Below are positions 49,246-61,939 of a stretch of 64,000 nt of DNA, one piece after another. How positions within the stretch are numbered: the first letter of the stretch is position 1; each line of letters opens with the position of its first letter. The translations under genes were made by a program, and so were the position numbers. The notes beneath the pieces were generated by a model. It was given only the letters and a program-made list of their open reading frames with translations. It did not search any database and was not told the origin of the DNA. The stretch is taken from contig NC_086108.1 in assembly GCF_963921235.1 (NCBI RefSeq), forward strand, positions 107,386,001-107,450,000, written 5' to 3'. Source of the stretch: Mobula hypostoma. Taxonomy: Eukaryota.

Positions 49246-50819
49246 ATGTAGTCATTTTTCTGTTGCGTGTCACTCCCTGGCCAACACACCACAGCAAATT
49301 CCTAATACATGTAAATATATATGATGAATAAAGTTGTACCTCGATCCTTGATCCTTTGCGGAGTTATCACATACAGGGAAAGCAGGGAAGGGATGACAGA
49401 TTCTTCTCCCAGGAGGCAATAGTGAAGCATTTAGAGTTTTCTCACGTTCTCTTAGATTCATGGTCACCATTAATAGCCCTTGTATTTCATTCCAGATTTA
49501 CTCAATAAATTGAATTTAAAATCCTTCAGTTGCTGTGGTGGAATTTGAACGCCGTTCTCTAGAATTAGACCAAGTCATTGTCTTGCTGATGCTTTTCTCT
49601 GGTGAAATGTTTCTTCAAGCCAGTTCAGCAAATTTCATTTTAATTTGGTGGTTAGAGTACAGTATTGGTGCCTTCAATGCCATGATGTACTATTGGAGAC
49701 ATTAGCATTTTTACAACAAAACCTAACCTTCTTTTCCTTCCTTAAAACCAAAACTGAAACCTAGTAAATGCTTGAATGGACATAAGAGATACTGCAGATG
49801 CTGGAAATCGGGAGCAATACACACAAAATTCTGGAGGAACTCAGCAGATTAGGTAGAACCTATGGAGGGGTATATTGCTTCATTGAACACCTTTGCTCCA
49901 TCCCTCATGCCAGCCAGGATCTCCCGGGGGCCAGCAATTTTAATTCAATGTCCCACTGTCACACCAAATGTTTGTCCACAGCCTTCCCTTCTACCAGGAT
50001 GAGGCCAAATACAAACTATACGATCAGGTCCTGATATTGGCTAGTCTCCAAACTGGTGGCATAAGCACCGACTCTTGAACTTTAAAAATAATGATTGAAG
50101 ATTTGCTTTAGCAACGCACACAAAGTGCTGGAGAAACAGCCAATATTATGGACTGAGACCCGTCATGAGTTCTGAAGAAGAGACTCAGCCCAAAATATTG
50201 ATCGTTTATTCCTCTCCATAGATGGTGCCTGAACTGTTGTGAGTGTTGTGCTGGATTTCCAGCATTTTCAGAATCTCCTTGTTTGTGTAAAGATCAGCTT
50301 TCTTTGTCACACGTACTGTACATCGAAACACAAAGTGAACTGTATCGTTTGCGTCAATGACCGACACAGTCTGAGGACGTGCTGGGAGCAGCCCATAACT
50401 GTAGCCACACTTCTGGCACCAGTATAGCATGCCCACAACTTACTGACCTTAGCCAGTGTGTTTTTGGAACGTGGGAGGACGCTGGAGCACCCGGAGGAAA
50501 CCCACACTGTCACAGGGAGAACGTACAAACTCCTTATAGACAGCTGTGAGCATTGAACCTGAGTTGATGGTGTTGTGAAGTGTTGCGCTAACCGCTACAC
50601 TACCATCCCTTCTGCCCCTCCCCCTACCCCCATTTTTCTTTTCTCTCACCTCCTGATCCAACTGGCACCTCCCCTGGAGGAATATGAGGTGTTCTCCTCC
50701 CCTGCCTTCTCCATCTGCACATCACCCACACACCCTTCTCCCACTGGCTCTCCTCTCCACCTCTCTTCCTTTATCCAATTGCTCCACTATCCTCTTCTAT
50801 CAGATTCCATCATCTGAAA

Positions 50820-51325
50820 CACCAGACATTCTGCAGATGCTACAAATCTTAAGCAACACGAACAAAATGCTGGAGGAACCCAGCAGGTCAGGCGGCATCT
50901 ATGGAGGGAAGTAGACAGTCGATATTTCGGGCCAAGACCCTTCATTGGGACTGGTGCAGAGGCCAGAAAAAGGAGGTGGGAGGAGGGGAAGGAGTACGAG
51001 CTGGCATCTGATAGCTGAGGGGGGAAAGAGGGTGGTTGAAATGAGAAGCTGGAAGAGGATAGGCGGAAGAGGCAAAGGGGCAAAGAATAATGAGTCTGAT
51101 AGGAGAGGAGAGTGGACCATGGAAGTAAGGGAAAGAGGAGGGGAACCAGAGGGAAGTGATGGCCGGGTGAGGAGAAGAGAAAGGGTAAGAGGGGAACCAG
51201 AATAGGGAATGGAAAAAGAGGGAAAACAGGAAAGGAAAGAGGGGTAGAATTTATCAGAAGTTGGAGAAAACAATGATCATACCATTAGGTTGGAGGCTAC
51301 CCAGACAGAATATGAGGTGTTCTGC
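50820..51325 (-). mobile_element. Older Penelope-like 3' end and terminal repeat with decayed hammerhead (50917-50952)
   Basis: Reverse strand AGTC-CCAATGA-AGGGTCTTGGCCC-GAAATATC-GACT; EHLIFCLGSLQPNG remnant. Confidence 0.75.
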
Positions 51326-51568
51326 CATCTTCAGCCTTTTGTCACTTCCACCTATTATCCCCCAGCTTCTTATTTCATTCTCGCATCCACCACCCTCTCC
51401 CTTCCCCACCTCAACGGCTTAGCAACCCTCCTCACCTGGGCCCACCTTTCACCTGACAATGTTTGCTTCACCCTTTCTCCTCACCTCCTTACACTCGCTG
51501 TTTCCTCTTTCTTTCAGTCTGCCGGGGTAGAGCTCCCAACCATTTTTATGCCATGGAGCCCTACCATT

Positions 51569-51778
51569 CACCGCCAAGGACAACACCAAGCTTGGGTGCG
51601 AAAGGTGGAGGGTTGGGCATGGGGCTAGCAACCTCATCCGGTCAAAACCCAGGAAAGATGCACCAAGAGGATGGGCCACACCTGGGGGGCAACTTGAAGG
51701 ACTGGCCCAGGACAGAGGACTCTGTCGAGCTGCTGTCAGCAGCCTATAGCCCAGTATAGGGGATAGGCTTAAGTAAGT
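51569..51778 (+). mobile_element. Short RTE-tailed retroposon (family B) with twister-like 5' end, inserted in a MITE
   Basis: Imperfect flanking duplication AGCCCTACCATT / AGCCCCCTGACCATT; AAGTAAGT tail; LAQDRGL-like RTE C-terminal remnant. Confidence 0.7.
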
Positions 51779-52169
51779 TAGCCCCCTGACCATTAACCGA
51801 GAGGTCCGTGAACCCCAGCTTTGGAACTCCTGGTCTAGATGAAGTGTCTGGACCCAAAACATCCATTGCTCATTGTGGGCTGCCCGCAGAACAATCCTCA
51901 CTGACTTGATTTGAGGCAAACAATGCATTTCACTGTATGTGTCAATATTTTGATATACGTACAAAAATCATTAAATCTTTAATTTTATATGTGCCCCAGA
52001 ACTGTGACTGACTCACTAACCATAAAAATTGATTGATACATTAAGCTGTTAGGTGAGACTGGATAGTCTGGGACTTCTACTGCTGAAGCATAGGAGGCTG
52101 AGGGTGACTTACAGTGGACTCTAAATTCATAAAGAATGAGATAAAGTGATTGGTCACATATCTTGGTTA

Positions 52170-52549
52170 CACTTAAAATGTTGAAAGGCCTCGACAGAGT
52201 GGATGTGGAGAGAATGTTTCCCATGGTTAAGGAGTCTAAGACCGGAGGACACAGCCTTAGAATATGGGGACACTTATTTAGAATGGAGATGAGGAGGAAT
52301 TTTCTTAGCCAGAGAATGGCAATTCTGTGGAATTCGTTGCCACAGGCAGCTGCGAAGGCCAAGTCATTCAGTGAACTTCAGGCAGAGGTTGATAGATCTT
52401 TGATTAGTCAGGGCATGGAAGGATACAGGGAGAAGGCAGAAAATTGAGGCTGAGAGGGAAAGTGGATCAGCCATGATGAAATGGCGGAGCAGACTCAATG
52501 GGCCAAATGGCCTAATTCTGCTCCTATATCTCGTAGTCTTATGGTCTTA
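52170..52549 (+). mobile_element. CR1 LINE 3' end
   Basis: MLKGLDRVDVERMFP...RRNFLSQR...LWNSLP; CTTATGGTCTT tail. Confidence 0.85.
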
Positions 52550-54004
52550 ATTTCCCCAGGATAGGGGAGTCTAAAACTAGAGGGACAAGTTTTAAGGTGA
52601 GAGGTGAAAGGTAGGTACATACATAGTTGAGATGTAGATGGCTGTGGTACCAGTGCAGTTCGATAAGAGTAGGCAGTTAAAATTGTTCAGCATGGACTAG
52701 ATGGGCTGATGGGCCTGTTTCTGTGCTGTACTTTTCTATGTCTCTATGACAATCCGAAGGAACTCTGAGGGGGCAAGCTTTTCACACAAAGGGTGGAGGG
52801 AGGGAGTATGTGGAATATGCCTCCGGTTGAAGCAGGTAAACACGTGATGAATACAAGATGTTCTGCAGATGCTGGAAATCTTCAGCGACACACGAAGTGC
52901 TGGAGGGACTCAGCAAGTCGGGCAGCATCGAGGGAGGGGAACAAACAGCCAATGTTTCAGGCCGAGACCCTTCATCGGGACTGGAAGGAAAGTGAACAGA
53001 AGCCTGAATAAAAAGTTGAGAGGAGGGGGAAGGATTACAAGCTTGCAGGTTGCAGATGACACCAACTGAGGGGGAATGTCTGGGAGAGGGAGGGTTAATG
53101 AAATAAGAATCTCGGCACTGATACGAGAAAGAGGTGAAGGGCTGAGGAAGGAGGAATCTGATAGAAGAGATACTGTCCTCATGGAAACAAGGGAAAAAGG
53201 AGAGGAACCAGAGGGAGCAGAGGGGAAGAGAAGAGGTGAGAGGAGAGCCAGAACGGGGAATGAAAAAGGAGAGAAGGAGGGAAAGGGGAAAAATTAGATA
53301 TTTTCCCAACATTGAAAAGACAGGTACATGGATAGGAAATGTTTTGAATGCCATAAACAGGCAGCTTATGTTGGGCTGGAAGTCCTGTTTCAGTGTAACT
53401 CTATAACTCTATGACTCTGGAACTCTAAATGTACAGTATTTGCTTGTAAATCAACTTTCTCACAAAATTGCAGGATGACGCAGCACAGGATTTGTTTCTA
53501 CACTTAATACCCTGAAGCAGACTTTACCTTCAGTAACATGAATTCATATATCTCTGCCGTGGCTGGAATTTAAATCTGAACAATTAAATCAATCTGGTCA
53601 AACTAGTACCAGTCATTGGTTTCAACTGAAAAGTTACATGTAGAAAATGCTGGAGGAGCCCAGCAGACCAGGCAGCATCCATGGAGAGGTGCTTCAGGCT
53701 GCAATCCTTCATCAGGTCTAAGAGGAAGAAGAAAGAAGCCAGAAGACAGAAACAGAAGGGGCTCGACCTAAAACATCAACTGCTTATTCCTCTCTCATAG
53801 ATGATGCCTAACCCGCATTTGGTGTGTGTTGCTCAATATTTTCAGCGTATGCAGAATCTCTTGTGTTTATGTGTCCCTTCAGCCTCTGATGTTGCACATT
53901 TGTCCAACCTTTATCATATTCGTTCTTCTTCAGCCCTTTGCCTATTCAACCTACCCACTTTCAGCTTCTTCCTTCGTCCCATCTTCCCCACCTAGCCACC
54001 TTAT

Positions 54005-54404
54005 CATATAAACTTACTGCCCATTCCACCCCTGGCATTTAGGGCAGCAATGTAAGTTCTCCATCTCTGGCGGAGCTCAGGGCTTCCTTCATCATGTCAG
54101 GAGCTCAGTTTTCACTACCATCAGTCATGCAAGTCCCGGGTGGAGACTCAGGAATACTGTTACGCACAGATGTAGAAGGATTCTTTATTGCTGTTTCCGT
54201 AACAGTTTTGTTTGACCAGTCAGGGTTGATAGCCCTGAGCTGAACCCTCAAACCTGGAGGAACGGTGGACCACTCCTAGTCTGGCCTCTACTCCTTGACC
54301 TGTTTGCATGGGTGACCCTACCACAAGTCAAAGCATAAAGCCCTGACTCCAGCCAGCATAGTTTTCCAGGTCATTGAGGTAGGCAAGCCTCCAAACCCTA
54401 CGAA
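54005..54404 (-). mobile_element. Internally deleted RTE (Expander/Rex3-like) derivative
   Basis: Reverse strand CTCAATGACC...TGGTAGGGTCACCCATGCAAACAGGTC...GGCCAGACTA resembles the recalled RTE 5' UTR, joined to a TTGCTGCCCTAAATGCCA 3' end. Confidence 0.55.
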
Positions 54405-54519
54405 AAGTTTGTTAGCCTCTTGGAGATTATAGTAGTTCATAAATACAAAGAGAATGTAGGTTCTATATATATGTAATTTATAGTTTTTTAATGGATTGCA
54501 CAATTTTAAAGTTGTTGTA

Positions 54520-55070
54520 GCCGGGGGTAGTAATGGGGGTAAGCTCCCACTACCTATTAAATGCTCCCGATGATGTGTGCCTCAAATAGCCTCTGACAAC
54601 CAAGTCCAGCTCCTGGCATTCACATCTGGTTTAGCTACTAATCCTGGTGGAACCGTTTCTGCTGACAGAAGAGGGGGCAAAAGTGGATTCCTGGTGGATT
54701 AAAACCAGACACTTTGGGCAGATGGATCTCATGAGCCACGGTTGGGAACTTATCTAGAAGGAAAATTAATCTCAAACCTCAAAGCTCATCTTAAACCTCC
54801 GCTGCCTTGTGGCTATACCCACTCACGGGGAAGGCTTTGGGTGTAAACCCCAAGAGAAAAATCCGGAGCTGGAGTCCCTACGTTGACTGGCAACTCCTGC
54901 GACACTGCTGGTGCCAAACTGTATTGGTCTCTGCTGATCCTTTGGGATCATCAGATGCGTGGAGAAGGGGAGCTTGCTACATGACCAACAGCTCGCTCTC
55001 CATATTGTACTGCCCAGACTTGAATATCTAGACAGCTAGGACACAACATCCATTGTTGAACCTGACTAAC
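54520..55070 (+). mobile_element. Non-autonomous RTE-type retroposon
   Basis: 3' about 180 bp is similar to the tail of the SINE at 8974-9150 (GGAGA.GGGAG.CTTGC...CTCCATA...TGCCCAG...ATCCAT...GACTAAC). Confidence 0.5.
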
Positions 55071-55480
55071 TATATAAGGTAGAGCAGACAGACACTATAT
55101 TCTTCCCAAGGATGAAGTATCTAGTATCAGAGGGCATGCATTTAAGGTAAGTATAGAACATAGACCATAGAACATAGAATAGTACAGCACAGTACAGGCC
55201 CTTCGGCCCACAATGTTGTGCCGACCCTCAAACCCTGCCTCCCATATAAGCCCCCACCTTAAATTCCTCCATATAATCTCAGAGGAGATGTGAGAGGCAG
55301 ATTTTTTTTACACAGTGAGTGGTGGGTGCCTGGAATGTGCTGCATCTATATGTATAGATAGATGGATATACCATAGCAGATATATAAATTAGGCCACCAT
55401 TTGTACTGGGTAATGGCTGGAATAAAATATGGTTGTGAATTGTTATTGCAGTGACTATCTGCGTGTGTCCATGGGGGCAG

Positions 55481-56445
55481 CAATCAGAATTAGGTTTACT
55501 ATCACCGGCATACTGCATGTTGTGAAATGTGTTAATTTTGCAGCAGCATACAATGCAATACATAGTAATAGAAGAAGAAACTGTGATTTACAATAAATAT
55601 ATATATATATATTACATAGGTAAATTAAGTAAGTAGTGCAATAAAACAGAAATAAAAAAGTAGTGAGGTAGTGTTCATGGGTTCAATGCCCATTCAGGAA
55701 TTGGATGGCAGAAATCCAATCCATTTGAGTGGAAAGTCCTGCAAAATGTAATGGATTCAGTCCAGTATATCACAGGTAAAACCCTCCCAACCATTGAACA
55801 CATTTACATGAAATGTTGCCATAGAAAAACTTCAACCATCATCAAAGATCCACAGCACCCAGGCCATGCTCTTTTCTCAATTCTGCCATCAGGTAGAAGG
55901 TACTAGAGCCTCAGGACATGCACTATCAGGTTTAAGAACAGTTACTACCCCTCAACCATCAGGCTCTTGAACAAAGGGGGATAACTACACTCATTTAAGG
56001 TCTCTTCATTTTGTTATTCTATGATTTTATTTATTGTTTTTTTATTTCTACATTTACGCAGTGTTGTGCAGTTATCCTGTTTACAGTTACTGCTTACAGA
56101 TTCTCCAAGTACGCCCGGAGAAAAATAATTTCAGGGTTGCATGTGGTGACGTGTTCGTACTCTGATAATTAAGTTTACCTTGAACTTTGAACTTTGGAAG
56201 AAGCTGTTCCTGAATCGCTGAGTGTGTGCCTTTGGGCTTCTGTACCTCTTTCCTGGTGGTAGCAGTGAGAAAGGGGCAGATCCTGGGTGACGGGGGTCCT
56301 TACTGATGAATGCCGCCTTTTTGAAGCATCTCCTTTTGAAGATGTCCTGGATACTGTAGAGGCTGGTGCCCATGATGGAGCTGACCAATTTTACAATTCT
56401 CTGCAGCTTACTTCGATCCTGCGCAGTAGCTCCCCCCACCCCCAC
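55481..56445 (-). mobile_element. Rex1-type 3' end (-) with a nested plus-strand Rex1-type 3' end (about 55713-56194)
   Basis: TAQDRSKLQRIVKL...AHTQRFRNSF on -; LPSGRRY...RFKNSYYPSTIRLLN on +. Confidence 0.8.
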
Positions 56446-56670
56446 ACTCAGAAGAGTGTCAGTTATTAGAGATTCAACATGGGAGTCTATACGTACGCAA
56501 CTGCACAATTCATATGTACAGGGAGGAAGATCCTTCAATGAGTAATGTTGACATGGAATATGCATTGAAGTTACAGATGCTTGTTTACCCTCCTTGAGCT
56601 CCAATTACAATAGACAGGCATATGAGCCTTTACAAGCACAGCTTGTGTTCGCACTTCCTCATCTGGCATC

Positions 56671-56965
56671 AGCCGTGGCTCAGCGGGTAGTGCACTTGCT
56701 TTCGCGTCACACGGCTCTGCGTTCGAGTCCCACTCCAAGAAGCAAAGCTCATCATCTCTTCTGACATTTCGGAGGAGAGAGCCGACATCTGCAATGTGAG
56801 ATGAGAAACCGGGAGCCCCTCCTGCCTTTTTATGAGAATCTAAAAGACCTTACAGCCTTTCTTCTGAAAAGCAGGGGAGAAAGTACTTCTGCCTTGTTCA
56901 ACAACATATGAAACAGATTATCTGGCCAAGCTGTTTATGTCAAATTGCTGTGAAATGTTTGAGAT
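56671..56965 (+). mobile_element. DeuSINE (SacSINE1-like), old copy
   Basis: A-box TGGCTCAGCGGG, B-box GTTCGAGTCC, then Deu-like GAGATG..AAACCG, TAAAAGACC, AGCAGGGGAG, AAACAGATTATCTGG. Confidence 0.65.
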
Positions 56966-57309
56966 AGATTCCACACCAGTATTCCCCATTCTTTCCATGG
57001 AGATAGAACTTCAGCCTAATCTTTTTCAAAGATTCTCATTGATTTCCTTATGCCCTTAAACAGAGGAAGAGCAGGAAGCCACTTTGAACACATCTCAGCA
57101 TCCTACCATTCCACCCTAAGAACATGGGCACTCATAGAGTCATACAGCACAAAGGTAGGTTCTTCAGCCCATCAAGCCCATGCCAGTCCTTTAACTATCT
57201 ACATCAACCTCTTACTACCTTAATGTACTGTAGTACTGAAATAATATATATGGAAGTATGTAAAACAAGTTTTTCAGTGTACCTCAGTGTCGGTCGTACT
57301 CAGTGAACT

Positions 57310-58040
57310 GTTGGGCACTGAGGAATGTGGTAGAACCAATAAATACAGATCCATAATTCATTGAAAGTGGCGTCAAATGTAGATAAGGTCATAAGGAAAG
57401 CTTCTGGCACATTGGCCTTCATAAATCAAAACACTGAGTACAGGAGATGGGGTGTCATGTTGAAGTTGTACAAGACATTGGTGAGGCCTAATTTGGAGTA
57501 TTGTGTGCAGTTTTGGTCACCTATCTAAAGGAAAGATGTAAATAAGGTTGAAAGAGTACAGAGAAAATTTACAAGAAATTTGTCGGATTTGGAGGACTTG
57601 AGTTATGCGGAAAGATTGAATAGGTTAGGAGTTATTCCTAGAAACCAAGAAGTTCGAAAGGTGATTTGATAGAGGTATACAAAATTATGATGGGTATAGA
57701 TAGGGTAAATGCAAGCAGGCATTTTCCACTGAGGTTGGGAGGGACTACAGCCATAGGTCATAGGTTAAGGGTGAAAGGTGAAAAATTTAGAGGGCACATG
57801 AGGGGAAACTTCTTCACTCAGAGGATTGTGAGAGTGTAGAGCAAGCTGCCAGTGCAAGTGGTGCATGCAAGCTTGATTTCAAAAATTTGAGAGAAGTTTG
57901 GATAGGTATATGAATGGGATGGGTATGGAGAGCTCTGGTCCCGGCGCAGGTCAATGGGAGTAGGCAGTTTAAATGGTTTGGCACAGACTGGATGGGCTGA
58001 TGGACCTATTTCTTTGATGTACTGTCCTATGACTGTATGA
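57310..58040 (+). mobile_element. CR1 LINE 3' end
   Basis: LYKTLVRPNLEYCVQFWSP; GNFFTQRIV; (CTATGA)n-like tail. Confidence 0.9.
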
Positions 58041-58317
58041 CATGTGAAAATAATTTACCAATACATTGGGGCTTTTGTATCTTCTGCCTAATGGGAGGGG
58101 AGAGAAGGGAAAATGTTCAAGATGAGAGTGGTCTTTAATCATGCTAGCTGCTTTAGCAAAGCAGTAAGAAGTGTAGATAAAGTCTATGAAGAAGAAGCTG
58201 GTTTCTGTGATGTTTTGAGTCACGTTCACAACCTTCTGCAGTTTCTTGTGGTCTTGGGCAGAACAGTTGCCATACCAACCCTTTATGCATCTGCTTAAGT
58301 TGCTTTCTACAGTGCGT

Positions 58318-58851
58318 ATAGACACCGCAGCCACCTTTATGATAATGCACATATCTAATCAGCCAGTCACGTGGCAGCAACTGAATGCATAAAAAATTGC
58401 AGGCATATTCAAGAGGTTCATTTGTTGTTCAGACCAAACATAAGAATGGGGAAGAAATGTGATCTAAATAACTTTGACCGTGGAATATTTGTTGGTGCTG
58501 GTTGGGGTGGTTTGAGTACCTCAGAAATCGCCCATCTCCTGGGATTTTCATTCACAACAGTCTCTAGAGTTTACAGAGAATGGTGCGAGAAACAAAACAC
58601 ACCCAGGGAGTGGCAGTCCTGTGGAGGAAAACACCTTGTTAATGAGAGAGGTCAGAGGAGAATGGTCAGACTGTTTCAAGCTAACAGGAAGGTAACAGTA
58701 ACTCAAATAGTCATGCGTTACAACAGTAGTGTGCAGAAGAGCATCTCTGAACTCAGAACAAATCAAACCTTGAAGTGGATCAGCTATAGCAGTAGAACTT
58801 ACACTCAGTGGCCTCTTTCTTAGGTATAGTAAAGTGTCCACCAAATGCATA
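58318..58851 (+). mobile_element. Non-autonomous Tc1-like element
   Basis: MGKKCDLNNFDRGIFVGA...EIAHLLGFSFTTVSRVYREWCEK; ends in TACACTCAGTGGCC.CTTT.TTAGGTA plus a degraded inverted TIR. Confidence 0.85.
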
Positions 58852-59309
58852 ATAATTGGTGAGTGTCAGAGGGGGATATTCCTAATTTCTCCCAAATAAC
58901 TAAAGGCACTTGTGCATTTTCTTGGTTGTAGTCAAGAAGTTACTCTTCTTCCACCTAATCAGTTCCCATTAACACCTTGAAAATTTTGATCAAATCACCC
59001 CAAACCTGCAGCAAATGAAACCCAATTTTGCGTGATCTCTCTGCATAACTTAACACTTGGCCTCATTCTGGTAAATTTGGGGTGATATTCTCTGTAAAAG
59101 ACATTTGCAATTGTAAAGTGTAAATTAACGTTTGTTGCTTGTGATACGTTGTGGACGTGGAACGAGTGCATCATTTCAGACATCTGTGCTGTTTCTATCC
59201 TCTGAGTTTAGAAGCTCCTGGAACACTGAAAATTCTTTCCTACAAATGAAAGTCAAAATTAAAACTGCAAAGGGTGGAAATCTGAAAAAAAAACAAAGAA
59301 AATATGCTG

Positions 59310-59925
59310 GACACGAGAATCTGCAGATGCTGGAAATCCAGAGCAACACTTCCAAAATGCTGGAGGAATTCAGCAGGTCAATCACCATCTATGGAAAGGA
59401 ATATGCTGCCGACAATTTGGGCTGAGACCCTTCATCAGGACTGCAGTGGAAGCATGCAGAAATCAGAATAAGAAGGTTGGGGCGAGGGGGTTGGTGGAGT
59501 ACAAGCTGGCAGGTGATAGGTGAAACCAGGTGAGCGTGAAGGAGAGAGGGTGGGGGAGAAGGATGGGAGTAGATAGGAGGTAAAAGTAATGAGCTGAAGT
59601 GGAAGGAATCTGACAGGAAAGGAGGGTGGACCATAAAATGGATGGAGGAGGGCACCAGAAGGAGGTGAAGGGCAAATGAGCAGAAGAAGTGGTATGAGGG
59701 GAGCTAGAATGAGTAATGCAAAAAGAGAGAAGGGAGAGAAATAAGGGCAAGTTAGAGAAATCTATGTTCATGCTGTCATGTGGGCAGCTACTCAGATAGA
59801 ACATGACATGTTGTTCCTCCAACCTAAGAGTGTCCTCATCGTGACAATAGAGGAGGCTATGGACTGACGTATTAGAATGGGAATGGAAAGTGGAATTAAA
59901 ATTTTTTGGCCACTGGAAAATCCTC
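59310..59925 (-). mobile_element. Older Penelope-like 3' end and terminal repeat
   Basis: EEQHVMFYL...MNIDFSN; decayed hammerhead at about 59408-59442. Confidence 0.75.
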
Positions 59926-60029
59926 CCTGTTTGAAACAGTCAGCGGGTTAGTTCACATCTGTGGAAAGTGAAACAGAGCTAACGTTTCATTTCAAGTGGT
60001 TAAGGTCGAGAATGATCTGACAAGGGATC

Positions 60030-60565
60030 TTGAGGAGTTGAGGATGCCATCATCTACCTGCAGATCCGTGTCTACACCCATCTGGACAAGCCAGCGAGCA
60101 CTGTGAGGGTCATGTTTTTTGACTTTGCAGTGGGTTCAACACCATCCGCCCTGCTCTGCTGGGGGAGAAGCTGACAGCGATGCAGGTGGATGCTTCCCTG
60201 GTATCATGGATTCTTGATTACCTGACTGGCAGACCACAGTACATGTGCTTGCAACACTGTGTGTCCGACAGAGTGATCAGCAGCACTGGGGCTCCACAGG
60301 GGACTGTCTTGTCTCCCTTTCTCTTCACCACTTACACCTCGGACTTCAACTACTGCACAGAGTCTTGTCATCTTCAGAAGTTTTCTGATGACTCTGCCAT
60401 AGTTGGATGCATCAGCAAGGGAGATGAGGCTGAGTACAGGGCTACGGTAGGAAACTTTGTCACATGGTGTGAGCAGAATTATCTGCAGCTTAATGTGAAA
60501 AAGACCAAATAGCTGGTGGTAGACCTGAGGAGAGCTAAGGTACCGGTGACCCCTGATTCCATCCT
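60030..60565 (+). mobile_element. Rex1 RT fragment
   Basis: SWILDYLTGRPQY...GAPQGTVLSPFLFTTYTSD...QKFSDDSAIVG...LNVKKTK. Confidence 0.9.
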
Positions 60566-60729
60566 GTTGACACAATTTCATCTGGAATGATGGAAGAGCT
60601 CAACGTTGTGATGGGCCCAGAACTCATTGAGATGTGGGTACAGGGCATTCACTAAAGTTTAGAAGAATAGGGGGGTTGTCATTGACATCTACTGAGTATT
60701 GAAAGCAACACACTGCTCCATCTAGCGGA

Positions 60730-61627
60730 ATTAGTCCTTACTCTTAATAGTTTCTCCTTTGGCTCCTCCCACTTCCTCCAAACAAAAGGTGTAGCTATGG
60801 GCACCCGTATGGGTCCTAGCTATGCCTGCCTTTTTGTTGGGTTTGTGGAACAATCTATGTTCCCTACCTATTCTGGTATCTGTCCCCCACTTTTCCTTCG
60901 CTACATCGACGACTGCATTGGCGCTGCTTCCTGCACGCATGCTGAGCTCGTTGACTTTATTAACTTTGCCTCCAACTTTCACCCTGCCCTCAAGTTTACC
61001 TGGTCCATTTCCAACACCTCCCTCCCCTTTCTAGATCTTTCTGTCTCTATCTCTGGAGACAGCTTATCCACTGATGTCTACTATAAGCCTACTGACTCTC
61101 ACAGCTATCTGGACTACTCCTCTTCTCACCCTGTCTCTTGCAAAAATTCCATCCCATTCTCGCAATTCCTCCGTCTCCGCCGCATCTGCTCCCAGGGTGA
61201 GGTTTTTCATTCCAGGACGAGGGAAATGTCCTCCTTTCCTCCACCATCAACTCTGCTCTCAAACGTATCTCCCCCATTTCACGCACACCTGCTCTCACTC
61301 CATCCCCCCGCCACCCCACGAGGAATAGTGTTCCCCTGGTCCTCACCTACCACCCCACCAGCCTCCGGGTCCAACATATTACTCTCTGTAACTTCTGCCG
61401 CCTCCAAAGGGATCCCACCACTAAGCACATCTTTCCCTCCCCCACCCTCTGCTTTCCACAGGGATCGCTCCCTACGCGACTCCCTTGCCCATTCATCCCC
61501 CCCATCCCTCCCCACTGATCCCCCTCCCAGCACTTCTCCTTGTAAGCGGAACAAGTGCTACACATGCCCTTACACTTCCTCCCTCACCACCATTCAGGGC
61601 CCCAGACAGTCCTTCCAGGTGAGGCGT
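60730..61627 (+). mobile_element. Penelope-like element RT and linker fragment
   Basis: GVAMGTRMGPSYACLFVG...LRYIDD...LPFLDL...YYKPTDSHSYLDYSSSHP...SQFLRLRRICS. Confidence 0.9.
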
Positions 61628-61826
61628 AATTCCTGGCATAATTTACATATTACTATTTAACTATTTATTACTACTTTCTATTACTATTCTATTACTATTG
61701 ATTATCTCTATGACTATTACTATTTACTATTTATTAATAGTAGTATTACTATTACTATTTCTTATTTATGGTGCAACTGTAACGAAAACCAATTTCCACC
61801 GGGATCAATAAAGTATGACTATGACC
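61628..61826 (+). mobile_element. Rex1-type 3' UTR with locally expanded TATTAC repeats
   Basis: Matches 6965-7090, including GGATCAATAAAGTATGACTATGAC. Confidence 0.8.
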
Positions 61827-61939
61827 AAAAGCATGGTCTCTATTTCTCTACCCAAAGATGCTGCCTAACCTATTGAGTGTTCCCAGACTTTTTCTGTCAG
61901 CTTTCATTCTTACAAGCCATTCCTGGACTAAGACTTGGT

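Noticed and set aside
54600..54675. HDV/CPEB3-like fold in the RTE-type element (TTCACAT loop, CTGAC)
   Set aside because: No convincing P1, and several mismatches in this copy.
56671..56740. tRNA gene
   Set aside because: No full cloverleaf or terminator; continues into a SINE body.
60797..61660. 287-aa ORF as an intact Penelope protein or novel fusion
   Set aside because: An internal deletion shifts the frame after about 145 aa; there is no N-terminus or GIY-YIG domain.
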